Assembly (NCBI GenBank): GCA_964016885.1
Contig: OZ024747.1
Coordinates: 44,826,001-44,890,000 of the forward strand
Direction: 5' to 3'
DNA length: 64,000 nt
Source of the DNA: Eledone cirrhosa
Lineage: Eukaryota
Made by a program: the position numbers and the translations under genes
Shown here: piece by piece, positions 52,918-64,000 of the stretch
Numbering within the stretch: position 1 is the stretch's first letter
Layout of the letters: every line of letters begins with the position of its first letter
The notes under the pieces: model-generated
What the model was told of the DNA's origin: nothing
Databases searched by the model: none
Seen by the model: only the letters and a program-made list of their open reading frames with translations

Positions 52918-54066
52918 ATATATATACATATATATATATGTGTGTGTGTATGTGTGTGTGTATGTATGCCTGTACGTATGAGTGTATGTATGCCTGTATG
53001 TATGTGTGCATGCTTCTGTGTAAAATCATGATAATGATGTTGATGAGGATGATGATATAGAGAGAAGAAATAATTTTTTTCTCTCCATTCTCAAAGATTT
53101 TCTATACACTATAAATCTGCCTGAATGATATGTTTTACAGTGTTAGCTTATTTCAATATCATTATGATAAAAAAAGATACCTGCAAGAATAAATAAATAA
53201 ATAACTAAACAGATAAAGAAAGTAATAGCGCGATATAATACTTATTGGTAATTGTTTGAATTAAAGCCAAGCCCTTTAAACATAAAAATGGTCTCAGTGC
53301 CAAAATGCAGATAAAAGAACTGTCTATCATTTATTCAATCAAGGTATTATTATTTTGTCAAATATCTCTAAAAGATAGTTTACCTAATTTCACTTCCTAA
53401 AACAGCAAAGCTTGATTTTCTAAACATTACTTTCTCAATGTCTAATTCTATAGTTATTTCCTGATCAGAAGTGTAACCATCAAAGCAAATATCACTACTG
53501 CTTAATAGCTTTTCCAGCTTGTTCTGTCACCAATGTACTAAGAGTCATTCTAAACATAACATTTACCAAAATAAACTTTTGTATAAGAACAATCATTGGA
53601 TAGCAATCTTGTAAACATGCTCAGTCGAATGATTTGATTTTTCTATGATCTTATCATTTCCAACCAACCAACAATCTCTTGTAATCAGTTAATTCATAAG
53701 TATGGAGTACGCTGCAGTAGCGATGGCAGAAGGAAAAAAAAAACAATGGTAAATGGATTTTATAAAAGTATGTGGTGTTGTAGAAGGAGGGGGAAATAGA
53801 AAGATAGAGAGAGGGGGGAGTAATAGAAATGGATTACATTACAGCAGTCAATATACATGTGGACAGAGAAGAACTAATGTGTTGTTTATGAGAAATATAA
53901 GACAAATATATCTTCAAAGTGTTATTGGGAACAAGCTTAGATATAGTGACATCAAGCAGATGAAGTAAGAGAAAGTATTTTGCTATTTAAAACAGTCTTA
54001 TTCTGGTGATCAAGTACTTTCTCTAACATATATTGATATACTCCCTCAAGGTTCTTCGCTATTATT

Positions 54067-54097
<31 letters not shown>

Positions 54098-54128
54098 ATG
54101 CATGTATATATATGTGCTTGTATGTGAG

Positions 54129-54165
<37 letters not shown>

Positions 54166-54238
54166 CCTCATCATTTAACGTCCATTTTCCATGCTAGCAT
54201 GGGTAGAAGTATATGTATATATATATATATATATACAC

Positions 54239-54580
54239 ACAATATATTAACAAATGGAAACTATATTTATAAAACCATATTTATTTCATTATACATATTT
54301 TAAGGGCCACCACTATCCAGGAGACTCCAACCGCGAAGATTGCATTTTTCAGGGTATGTCAATATTTATTTATAAAACTAATCTATATTATATTTTATCT
54401 GATGAAAGCGCACCATAATCTGGCTTGGTGGCCCTTGTATAATGAAATAAATATGGTTTTATAAATATAGTTTCCATTTGTTAATATATTGTATATTTAC
54501 TCCAATAATTTGTTGAGTGCTTTATATAAGTTATAAAAATATTTTGTTTGTTGTATCCCAACAAATTAAATATAACCTAT
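54239..54580. mobile_element. (TA)n-bounded Penelope-like relic with 56-bp inverted repeat
   Basis: Inverted repeat 54239-54294 / 54437-54492. tattttatCTGATGAaagcgca at 54391 resembles 24840. Confidence 0.78.
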
Positions 54581-54596
54581 ACATATATATATATAT

Positions 54597-54663
<67 letters not shown>

Positions 54664-54817
54664 ACATAAACAGAGAAAGCCTTATCAACTCCATCTCACT
54701 CAACAAACATTAGGATATTATCCCAATTTAGTGTTTGGGTGCTAACTAATCAGTATTTCGTGGATAGCTGGTTGTATTATTTTATATTTGACATAATTAA
54801 ATAAATATCTCTTTCCT

Positions 54818-54941
54818 TCCAGACGGCCGTTTCGTTATAAGATTTCTACAATTTGGGATAAATATTTTCCAGGTTATGTAGAAAGTTGTATATAATCCAT
54901 AGTTTTATACACAAGCGGGCTCTTATAAATTCATCAGTGGA
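54818..54941 (-). ncRNA. Hammerhead ribozyme with large branched loop II
   Basis: tcca-CTGATGA-at-ttataaga...(about 80 nt)...tcttataa-c-GAAA-CGGCCG-TC-tgga. Confidence 0.8.
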
Positions 54942-55065
54942 TGCCCAAATAATATCGGTATAAGAATTATATCGACATTAATAGAATGGTGATGGTGATG
55001 GTCTCCCTTAGCGCTAAGAAGAGACTGGTAGATTAGAAAATCCAGCAGTCCTCCCAGCAGTATAT

Positions 55066-55303
55066 CATCATCATCATCATCATCACCGTTTTACGTCCGT
55101 TCTTCCACGCTAGCATGGGTTAGACGGGTTGTCCTGTTGTGGGCAGTGTCTGGTCGGCTGACCATGCCTTGCTCATACAGGAACTGATCTGGCTTGATTT
55201 CTACAGCTGGATGCCCTTCCTAACACCAACCTCATTTACAGTGAGTGCTGGGTGCTTTTTCGTGGCGCCTACACGTCCACTTTACAGTGTGGGCTGGGTG
55301 CTT
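55066..55303 (-). mobile_element. SINE family B-related tail
   Basis: Reverse complement of 22670-22899. Confidence 0.82.
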
Positions 55304-55337
55304 ATATATAAACATATATATATATATATATATATAT

Positions 55338-55468
<131 letters not shown>

Positions 55469-55623
55469 TAAAATAACAGATTAAAGTTTAAGCAAAGAAT
55501 CGCTGCTTTCACCCTTAACGGGATCTTCTGAAACTAACAAAGTCAATCTGTAAACGCAGAAGTGGATATTTCAAAAAACGTTGCAACTGGAGGAAGATAG
55601 GAAGACGATACTTTGGTTCGTGG

Positions 55624-55897
55624 AAACGTTCCCTGGCAAAGAACGGGAAAAAACGAATATAATACGTCATTAATAGGAGCGGTGAAAAACAATTACACGC
55701 AAAGACAGAACCATGTTTATGGTATAAAAGAAGTCGTAGACTAATGTTCTCTTAGGTGGTTCATAGAGACGTTCTCTGGCAATGAACGGAAAAAACGAAG
55801 ATAATAAGTCATATGTGGAGCGTTGAGAACAATTGCACGCAAAGACAAAACCACGTAAATGGTATAGCTGAAGTCGTAGACTAAAATTCTAACTAGG
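55624..55897. repeat. Diverged tandem duplication with about 143-bp period
   Basis: acgttc.ctggcaa.gaacgg...cacgcaaagaca.aacca...gaagtcgtagactaa occurs twice. Confidence 0.8.
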
Positions 55898-55972
55898 AAA
55901 CCGAAAGAATCTCCACTTCAGAGTTAAGAATAAAGTAAATAAAATACAATACAGAGGTAATAGAAATTAATA

Positions 55973-56310
55973 TAATAAATATTTGCTCTACGGTTCTTAT
56001 ATATTTGATATATATTTATCCTTATTGAGCCCTCTTTGGATTTTAGTCTTCAAATTTATTATTATTACTATCAAATCCCGCCGAGGTTGACTTTGCCTTT
56101 CATCCTTACGAGGTCGATAAAATAAAGTACCAGTAATGCACTGGGTAATTGCTGGCCTTGTGCCTAAAGTAGAAACAATTACTATATATATATATATATA
56201 TATGTTATTTTAATAAATATTTGGTCTACGGTTCTTATATATTTGATATATATTTATCCTTATTGAGCCCTCTTTGGATTTTAGTCTTCAAATTTATTAT
56301 TATTACTATT
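55973..56310. repeat. About 97-bp direct repeat flanking a 5'-truncated SINE A (56070-56181)
   Basis: taataaatatttg.tctacggttctt...aaatttattattattacta at about 55973 and 56211. Confidence 0.85.
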
Positions 56311-56320
56311 ATTATTATTA

Positions 56321-56367
<47 letters not shown>

Positions 56368-56373
<6 letters not shown>

Positions 56374-56899
56374 ATACTTGGGGAGAGTCATATTTGTGTA
56401 ATATTGCCAGAATTAATAACAGAACACACTCACTGTTTGGTTGGTTTTCGCTTTTCGCTTCTGTGTCTTTTATATCGGTAATCTAATTTATTCGGTACTC
56501 AATGTTGCCATTGACTGACCAACGGTAAAAAATAATACAGATACAATATAGACACAAACACATATATATAGTTTATCAAAATTCTTTCGTTGCACATCTG
56601 CAACATCGTCAGTGGTGCTATTGTTTCCTCCCGTTGCATTGTATTTTCTATGCCATCTTTATGAAGATGGCATAGAAAATACAATGCAACGGGAGGAAAC
56701 AATAGCACCACTGACGATGTTGCAGATGTGCAACGAAAGAATTTTGATAAACTATATATATGTGTTTGTGTCTATATTGTATCTGTATTATTTTTTACCG
56801 TTGGTCAGTCAGTTGGTCAGTCAATGGCAACATTGAGGACCGAATAAATTAGATTACCGATATAAAAGACACAGAAGCGAAAAGCGAAAACCAACCAAA
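56368..56899. mobile_element. Fold-back pLTR of the 22905-24545 family with a hammerhead-like motif in each arm
   Basis: Arms 56436-56659 / 56664-56899, loop tatg. CTGACGA-t-gttgca gatg tgcaac-GAAA at 56711-56738 (+) and 56585-56612 (-). (TA)n lies on both sides. Confidence 0.9.
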
Positions 56900-57389
56900 G
56901 AGTATATATATATATATATATATCTTACTGCTCCCTCGTTCTCTCTGTTTCTCCTACTTTCTTTCGCCCCCTCTGTCATGTCAGTTAACTCTTCCTCACA
57001 CTTCCACTCACTCACTCACTGTTTCTCCTCTTCTCACTTCACCCCGTTTGCGACGAAAACATTTTCTCTCTTTCTCACATTTGAATTCGATCCCGAAAGG
57101 TCTTTTTTCTAAGCGCTCATATATTCACCTAGCTTATGCTAACAGAATAACTATGAAGCTTGTTCCCTTCCTTCTACGGTTAGCTCTCCTCTTTGTTGTT
57201 ATCTCGTCTCACTCGCTTTACGCGTTTTAATTGTCCTAATAACTTAATTTAGTTATTATTGCACCGACGTGAGGTATATGATTTTTAATGCAATGAAATA
57301 TCTATGATCGTCGGCAAATCACTGATGAGGGACTTATTTTATTACATGTTATCCATGTGCAACCTGCAGTATTCTTCTCCCCATTTTTT

Positions 57390-57457
<68 letters not shown>

Positions 57458-57458
<1 letters not shown>

Positions 57459-57678
57459 AGGAAAAGAGTCAGGACCCTAATGGCTGAGCTCCGGCCATTT
57501 CGACAGCTAGATCCGAACTAAGCCACCAGTGGTGGCTTACTTCAGATCTAGCTGACGAAACGATCGGAGCTCAGCTGTCGGGGTCCTGACTCTTTTCCTA
57601 TTACCCACTCTACTACCCCAAGTATTGAGTACTCTGGTGCGTTATGGTCCATCTGGTATCCTACCAACCCTCTTTGTT
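57458..57678 (+). mobile_element. (TA)n-bounded hairpin element
   Basis: About 70-bp arms 57458-57527 / 57531-57600, plus the tail shared with 52728. Confidence 0.85.
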
Positions 57679-57734
57679 ATATATATATACACACATATTT
57701 ATATACACATTGGTGCAGCCTCTGGTACGAACTC

Positions 57735-58150
57735 TGCAGTGGGAGTGTGTGTTCTGAAAGTACAGTAGCCAGAGTGAAGACCAGTTGAAAAAGTTCAGGG
57801 AGCTGGTTACAAAGGGTCTCTCCCTCAAAATGAAAGGCAGAGTGCATCATGTGGGCCTGTGAATAGTAATGCTACATGGTTCTGAGAATTAGGCCTTACA
57901 AATATTGGAAAGATATGGGGTGAGCATGCTCTGAAGGATGTGTGTTATAGTAGTATACATGAGTCACAAAGTATCGAGAAAAAATGGGCATACAAAGCAT
58001 CGGGTGCAGTGTGCAGGAGAGGAGACCTTGATAGTATAGATGTGTAATGCATATGAAGGATGACAGTTGCATACAGAAATGCAGAGCACTCAATGTTAAA
58101 GGAACCTTTGGAAGAGGAAGACCTAAGAAAATGTGGAATGATGTAGTGGG
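57735..58150 (+). mobile_element. RTE-type LINE 3' relic (heavily decayed)
   Basis: aaaaagttcagggagct, ggttctgag and ggaagaggaagacctaagaaaatgtgg resemble the copies at 6330 and 21165. Confidence 0.7.
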
Positions 58151-58744
58151 GCTCATTTCATGCAACTGAAACTCCCAAAAGAGATGATTCAGAATCACTT
58201 CACCTTTCTATGCTAGTGGAATGAAGCAGCACAAAAAGGATGGCTTACCATCTACCTCTCTCCACTCTAAACCCCAAAGAAGCAGAGAAGTGGTACACCA
58301 TTCAGATCACACCGCCACCCCCTGTATACTCCTGAATTCCCTGCCAATATACCACTGATTCCCTTTCCCCACCATAAACAAAAGAAGCAGAGAGCTAGTA
58401 TACTCCAGAGTCCTTTGTTCAACCCATGCTAGCTGGAAAGCTAGGATGAATCTTGACTGATTAACATTTCCTGTTGAACCTTTGTGCTCTTGACACTTTA
58501 CTAACCCATGAAAGCCAGGCACACCTAACAATATGTCAGTTGCTATCCATTTGCTTCAAGTCTGCTTCCATGACCTGTGTAGTGTCTGTACTCCAGTCCA
58601 AATCCCCACCAATGCCACCCCAGCAAGATCAATGATGCTGAGTACCTTATTGCTGTAATGAGGTAGTGGCGGTGTCACAACAAAAGCACCAAGTGTGCTC
58701 TGTAAGGTGGTAGTGCCAGAATCATGACAAAATACTCCCACTAC

Positions 58745-59161
58745 ATAATTGTTTCTACTTTTGGCACAAGGCCAGCAATTACCCAGTGCATTATTGGTAC
58801 TTTATTTTATCGACCCAGGAAGGATGAAAGGCAAAGTTAACCTCGGCGGGATTTGAACTCAGAATGGCAAGGGCCGTAACTCTATGCGTCAAAGCATGGC
58901 GTCCGACCCTCTACCGATACTGCCAATCCACCACTCTTATATATAATGGTTTCTTATATAGGCACAAGACAGTAATTTTGGGGGGAAGGGAAAGTCGATT
59001 AAATCGACTCCAGTGCGTGACTGGTACTTTATTTTATCGACCCCATAAGGATGAAAGGCAAAGTTAACCTCGGCGGTATTTGAGCTCAGATCATAAAGAG
59101 CCGTAACTCTATGTTGCAAAGCATGGCGTCCGACCCTCTACCGATACTGCCAATCCACCAC
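58745..59161 (-). mobile_element. Two tandem SINE family A copies
   Basis: Heads at 58933 and 59161, each preceded by the same sequence (ccaccactcttatatataatg on the plus strand). Confidence 0.88.
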
Positions 59162-59829
59162 TCTTATATATAATGTAAAGTGGTTGGGGTTAGGAAAAGC
59201 ATCTAGCTGTAGAAACCAAGCCAAAACAAAGTGTACTAGTTGGACCTAATCACCTACTTGGTGCTAAGGTGGAAAATAAGTGGACCTATATTCTTGAATA
59301 GTAAGTGACCTTTATCTACATCAAATATCATGTTCATTGTGACCCCATCACATATTATGAATAGCTTTCAAATGTTTGCAGTTTCTCTTATGTAAACATT
59401 TATTTACTTGGATTTTCTTTTTATTTCTAAATCATTTCTTGACCGACACATTCTATTATTTACTAATTCATTCCAATTCATTCCAACACCATCTTGATAA
59501 GGGACTTTTTTAGACAAACATAATTATATCTTTAAAATATTCAAATGAATTGATTATCACTTTTGGCTTTATTGATTATAGTAAAATAAAACATGCTTTA
59601 CAAGTGGAGATCGTGTGTGGAAACTAAAGTTTAAAGTAATTACATTGTGGATGAGTCATTTTTCATTAAGAAATCACAAAAGCTGTTAAATTCACTTTGT
59701 ATTTATCATTTATTTCTTGGGGTCATAATGCTTGCAAACTGATCACTCAACAGTTCCACTGATTTGAAACTTCGTTACAAGGGGGTTTTTATTGCCTTCA
59801 GGTTTTATCGCTTATTGAGCTGTATATAC

Positions 59830-60933
59830 ATGTACACACACACACACAGGCACACACACACACACACATACTCAGACACACGCATACAGACACACACAGA
59901 CACAGACAGACAGACACACACACATACACATACAGACACATAGACACACACAGACACAAACACACGCACACGCACAGACAGACACACACAGACACACACA
60001 CACAGAGACACACACACACACACAGACACACACACATACACACATACACACACACACACACACACACAGACACACACAGAGACACACACGCACAGACACT
60101 CAGACAGACACACACACAGACACACACACACACAAACACACACCGACACACTCAGACACAAACACACATACAGACACACACACAGACACACATACACACA
60201 AACACACATACACACACAGAGACACACACACACACACTCACATACACACACATACACACACACATACACACACACAGACACACACACACACAAACACACA
60301 CCGACACACACACACAGACAGACACACACACATACACACACACACACACATATACACACAAACACACATACACACACAGAGACACACACACAGACACACA
60401 CACTCACATACACACACATACACACACACACACACAGAGACACACACACATACAGACACACACACACACATACACACACAGACACACACACACAGACACT
60501 CAGACAGACACACACAGACACACACACAGACACACACAGACACACAGACACACACAGACACACATACACACACAGATACACAGACACACAGACACACACA
60601 CAGACATACAGACAGACACACACAGACACACAGAGACACACATACACACACACACAGACACACATACACACACAGACACACACAGACACACACACTCACA
60701 CACACATACACACAGACACACACACACAGACATACACACAGACACACAGAGACACACAGACACACAGAGACACACAGACACACACAGAGACACACACAGA
60801 GACAGACAGACACACACACATACACATACAGACACACAGACACACACAGACACACACGCACATACACACAGACAGACACACAAACACACACACACACGCA
60901 GACACACAAACACACACAGACATACACACACAC
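59830..60933. repeat. About 1.1 kb imperfect (CA/GA)n tract
   Basis: Read directly from the sequence. Confidence 0.95.
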
Positions 60934-61749
60934 AATAAATGGAAACTATATTTAGTATAAATACATATATATTTATACACATACCTGCACATGCATACAT
61001 ATGTATGTGTATCAGTGGCCAAGTTATAAAGTGTGACAAAAAATTTGACAATCAAGAAATAAATGATGTTAAGTGAATTTAACGGCTTTTGTGTGCTTTT
61101 TGAATAGCTAAACTGACTCTTCCCTGGTGCAATTGAGATTATTTCAGTTCTTTTTTCAAACTTGGAAGTTTAAAATCAAAATAAGTATGGTAAAAAAAAA
61201 AATTTTTTTTTTCTTGAATATGGAAAGTACTTGAACTTCCCATTTCTGTTCATAAAAAAAAAATTGCCATACAAATAGAATTTGAAAATAGAAGTAACAA
61301 TTTTTCATATTTTTCCCAAAATTGAAAATACAGAAGTATAATTATTTTTCAAGAATATCCAAATTTATATGGTAGCCGATAGCTATAGACATAATTTTAT
61401 TTATTAATTTCGTTTTCATTTTTATCTATTTTGCAACAGTGGTGTACTCAGACAAAATATTAACCAGAAGACTTTCTAATTAAGATGAAAATGAAACCAA
61501 AAGTATTGCCTCGATTACTTTCAAATATATTATAATCAGTTGTACATGCATGTTTGTTATGTACTTGATGTAACGACATTACAAGGTTAACTAAACTTCA
61601 CTTCTACAGGCCACAGTCTATGAAATATAAAGTAAACAGGTTGACAAACATATATTACTCTCTTCATTATTACATATAATGTGTCAGCTTGTTTATGCTT
61701 TGTTAAACCCCAGGCCAACTTTAATCAAGAAGACCTATGATTAAAGGCA

Positions 61750-62000
61750 CTCATTCTGCAAATGTATTCCACCTTAAATTTTTCTTTCATTTCCTTCTGC
61801 ATTATGTTATCAACTTCCAACATCCCTAAGTACTTATAACCTTTTTCTTCTATTTGCTTCATAACCTTTCCTGATGGCAGCACTAACCTCCCGATGCTTT
61901 TGCCTCTGTTCAAGATTAACACACTATACGTTTTTAATCCAAACACCATTCTGTCAGCACTAAATATATACACTCTATCATTGAGGGAACCATTTTGAGC
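61750..62000 (-). mobile_element. R4/Dong-like RT C-terminal relic
   Basis: Translates to MVFGLK...LNRGK...YKYLGMLE...KEKFKVEY..R. Confidence 0.65.
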
Positions 62001-62319
62001 TCCACAAAATGGTGAATTTTCAGGGTTTTTTTTTCAATTGTATTTGTTGTTATATTTTTGCAAAGGGTCATAAGACTTCTGTATTTGCTCTGAGTAGGGG
62101 AGACATTATAATGTTTGGGCCGAAAGGCCTAAACATTATAATGAACTTATATTTGAACTTTATATATTTTTCCCATTAAAAAAAAAAGAAATGGACGAGT
62201 TAGCCCCACTTACCTAAAAAAACAAACAAACATTACATCTACCATCTCGTGATAGCAACTTAAAAGTTGAGAAGACACAACAGGCACAATTATGGACACA
62301 CAAAAACTAATTACAAACA

Positions 62320-62535
62320 GAGCATGCAACAATGAGATTAGCAACACCAACAACATGAACAACAGCAACAACAAAACAGCTAAAGAGAACAATGGCAACA
62401 ACAACTCCAACAGCAACAACATAATTAAAAACAACAACACCAACTGCAACAACAACAATTACAACACCAACAACAAGAGCAACTTGAAGAAGAATGAAAG
62501 CAGCAACGACAACAACAACATCACCAACAACAATA
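62320..62535. repeat. (CAA)n-rich tract
   Basis: Read directly from the sequence. Confidence 0.9.
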
Positions 62536-62625
62536 CCCTCTCTCCTCCTTTCTGTACATATTGACCCCCAAGCCTTTACCGTGATGTGGAAGGCTGTGCC
62601 GGCATATGTGGACGACATCACCGCT
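62536..62625 (+). mobile_element. Tx1-like RT fragment that seeds the minisatellite
   Basis: Translates to PLSSFLYILTPKPL then CGR.VPAYVDDIT, compared with PLSTLLYVLTLEPL...CGRSVSAYADDVT in ORF2 at 92-3511. Confidence 0.8.
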
Positions 62626-64000
62626 GGTATATGTGGACAACATCACCGCTGGTATATGTGGACAACATCACCGCTGGTATATGTGGACAACATCACTGCT
62701 GGTATATGTGGACAACATCACTGCCGGTATATGTGGACAACATCACTGCTGGTATATGTGGACAACATCACTGCTGGTATATGTGGACAACATCACTGTT
62801 GGTATATGTGGACAAAATCACTGCCGGTATATGTGGACAACATCACTGTTGGTATATGTGGACAACATCACCGCTGGTATATGTGGACAACATCACTGCT
62901 GGTATATGTGGACAACATCACTGCCGGTATATGTGGACAACATCACTGCTGGTATATGTGGACAACATCACCGCTGGTATATGTGGACAACATCACTGCT
63001 GGTATATGTGGACAACATCACTGCCGGTATATGTGGACAACATCACTGTTGGTATATGTGGACAACATCACCGCTGGTATATGTGGACAACATCACTGCT
63101 GGCATATGTGGACGACATCACCGCTGGTATATGTGGACAACACCACTGTTGGTATATGTGGACAACATCAGTGCTGGCATATGTGGACGACATCACCGCT
63201 GGTATATGTGGACAACACCACTGTTGGTATATGTGGACAACATCACTGCTGGCATATGTGGACGACATCACCGCTGGTATATGTGGACAACATCACTGCT
63301 GGTATATGTGGACAACATCACTGTGGTATATGTGGACAACATCACCGCTGGTATATGTGGACGACATCACCGCTGGTATATGTGGACGACATCACCGCTG
63401 GTATATGTGGACAACATCACTGCTGGTATATGTGGACAACATCACCGCTGGTATATGTGGACAACATCACTGCTGGCATATGTGGACAACATCACCGCTG
63501 GTATATCTGGACAACATCACCGCTGGTATATGTGGACAACATCACTGCTGGTATATGTGGACAACATCACCGCTGGTATATGTGGACAACATCACCGCTG
63601 GTATATCTGGACAACATCACTGCTGGTATATGTGGACAACATCACCGCTGGCATATGTGGACAACATCACCGCCGGCATATGTGGACAACATCACCGCTG
63701 GTATATGTGGACAACATCACTGCCGGTATATGTGGACAACATCACCGCTGGCATATGTGGACAACATTACCGCTGGTATATGTGGACAACATCACTGCCG
63801 GTATATGTGGACAACATCACCGCTGGCATATGTGGACAACATCACTGCTGGTATATGTGGACAACATCACTGTTGGTATATGTGGACCACATCACCGCTG
63901 GTATATGTGGACAACATCACCGCTGGTATATGTGGACAACATCACCGCTGGCATATGTGGACAACATCACTGCTGGTATATGTGGACAACATCACTGCCG
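62596..64000 (+). repeat. 25-bp minisatellite, about 56 units, continuing beyond the window
   Basis: Unit C(C/T)GCTGGTATATGTGGACAACATCA, with starts at 62621, 62646, 62671 and onward. Confidence 0.97.

Noticed and set aside
59798-61055. Cys/Val-rich ORFs
   Set aside because: Translations of the (CA/GA)n dinucleotide tract.
62596-64000. CRISPR array
   Set aside because: The 25-bp units are contiguous with no unique spacers, there are no cas genes, and the context is eukaryotic.

Overview
AT-rich, microsatellite-dense eukaryotic DNA. The SINE and LINE types suggest a mollusc, probably an octopus (inference). I could not support any host protein-coding exon, so the window looks intronic or intergenic and is almost entirely mobile-element debris. 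It holds a near-intact Tx1/L1-like LINE (about 1-5741, minus strand), relics of RTE, CR1 and R4/Dong LINEs, two tRNA-derived SINE families, piggyBac, hAT and Tc1 MITEs, a DD37D transposase relic and long low-complexity tracts. Two things stand out. First, 20-58 kb carries 12 short fold-back (inverted-repeat) islands, nearly all bounded by (TA)n. Several contain recognisable minimal hammerhead ribozymes (CTGAnGA...GAAA, palindromic stem III, UH). One island encloses a Penelope-like GIY-YIG coding relic, and two fold-backs copy neighbouring non-Penelope DNA. Second, the 25-bp minisatellite at the right end is an amplification of the reverse-transcriptase YxDD catalytic-motif codons of a Tx1-like LINE fragment. 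All alignments, translations and folds were done by eye, and most boundaries are approximate.
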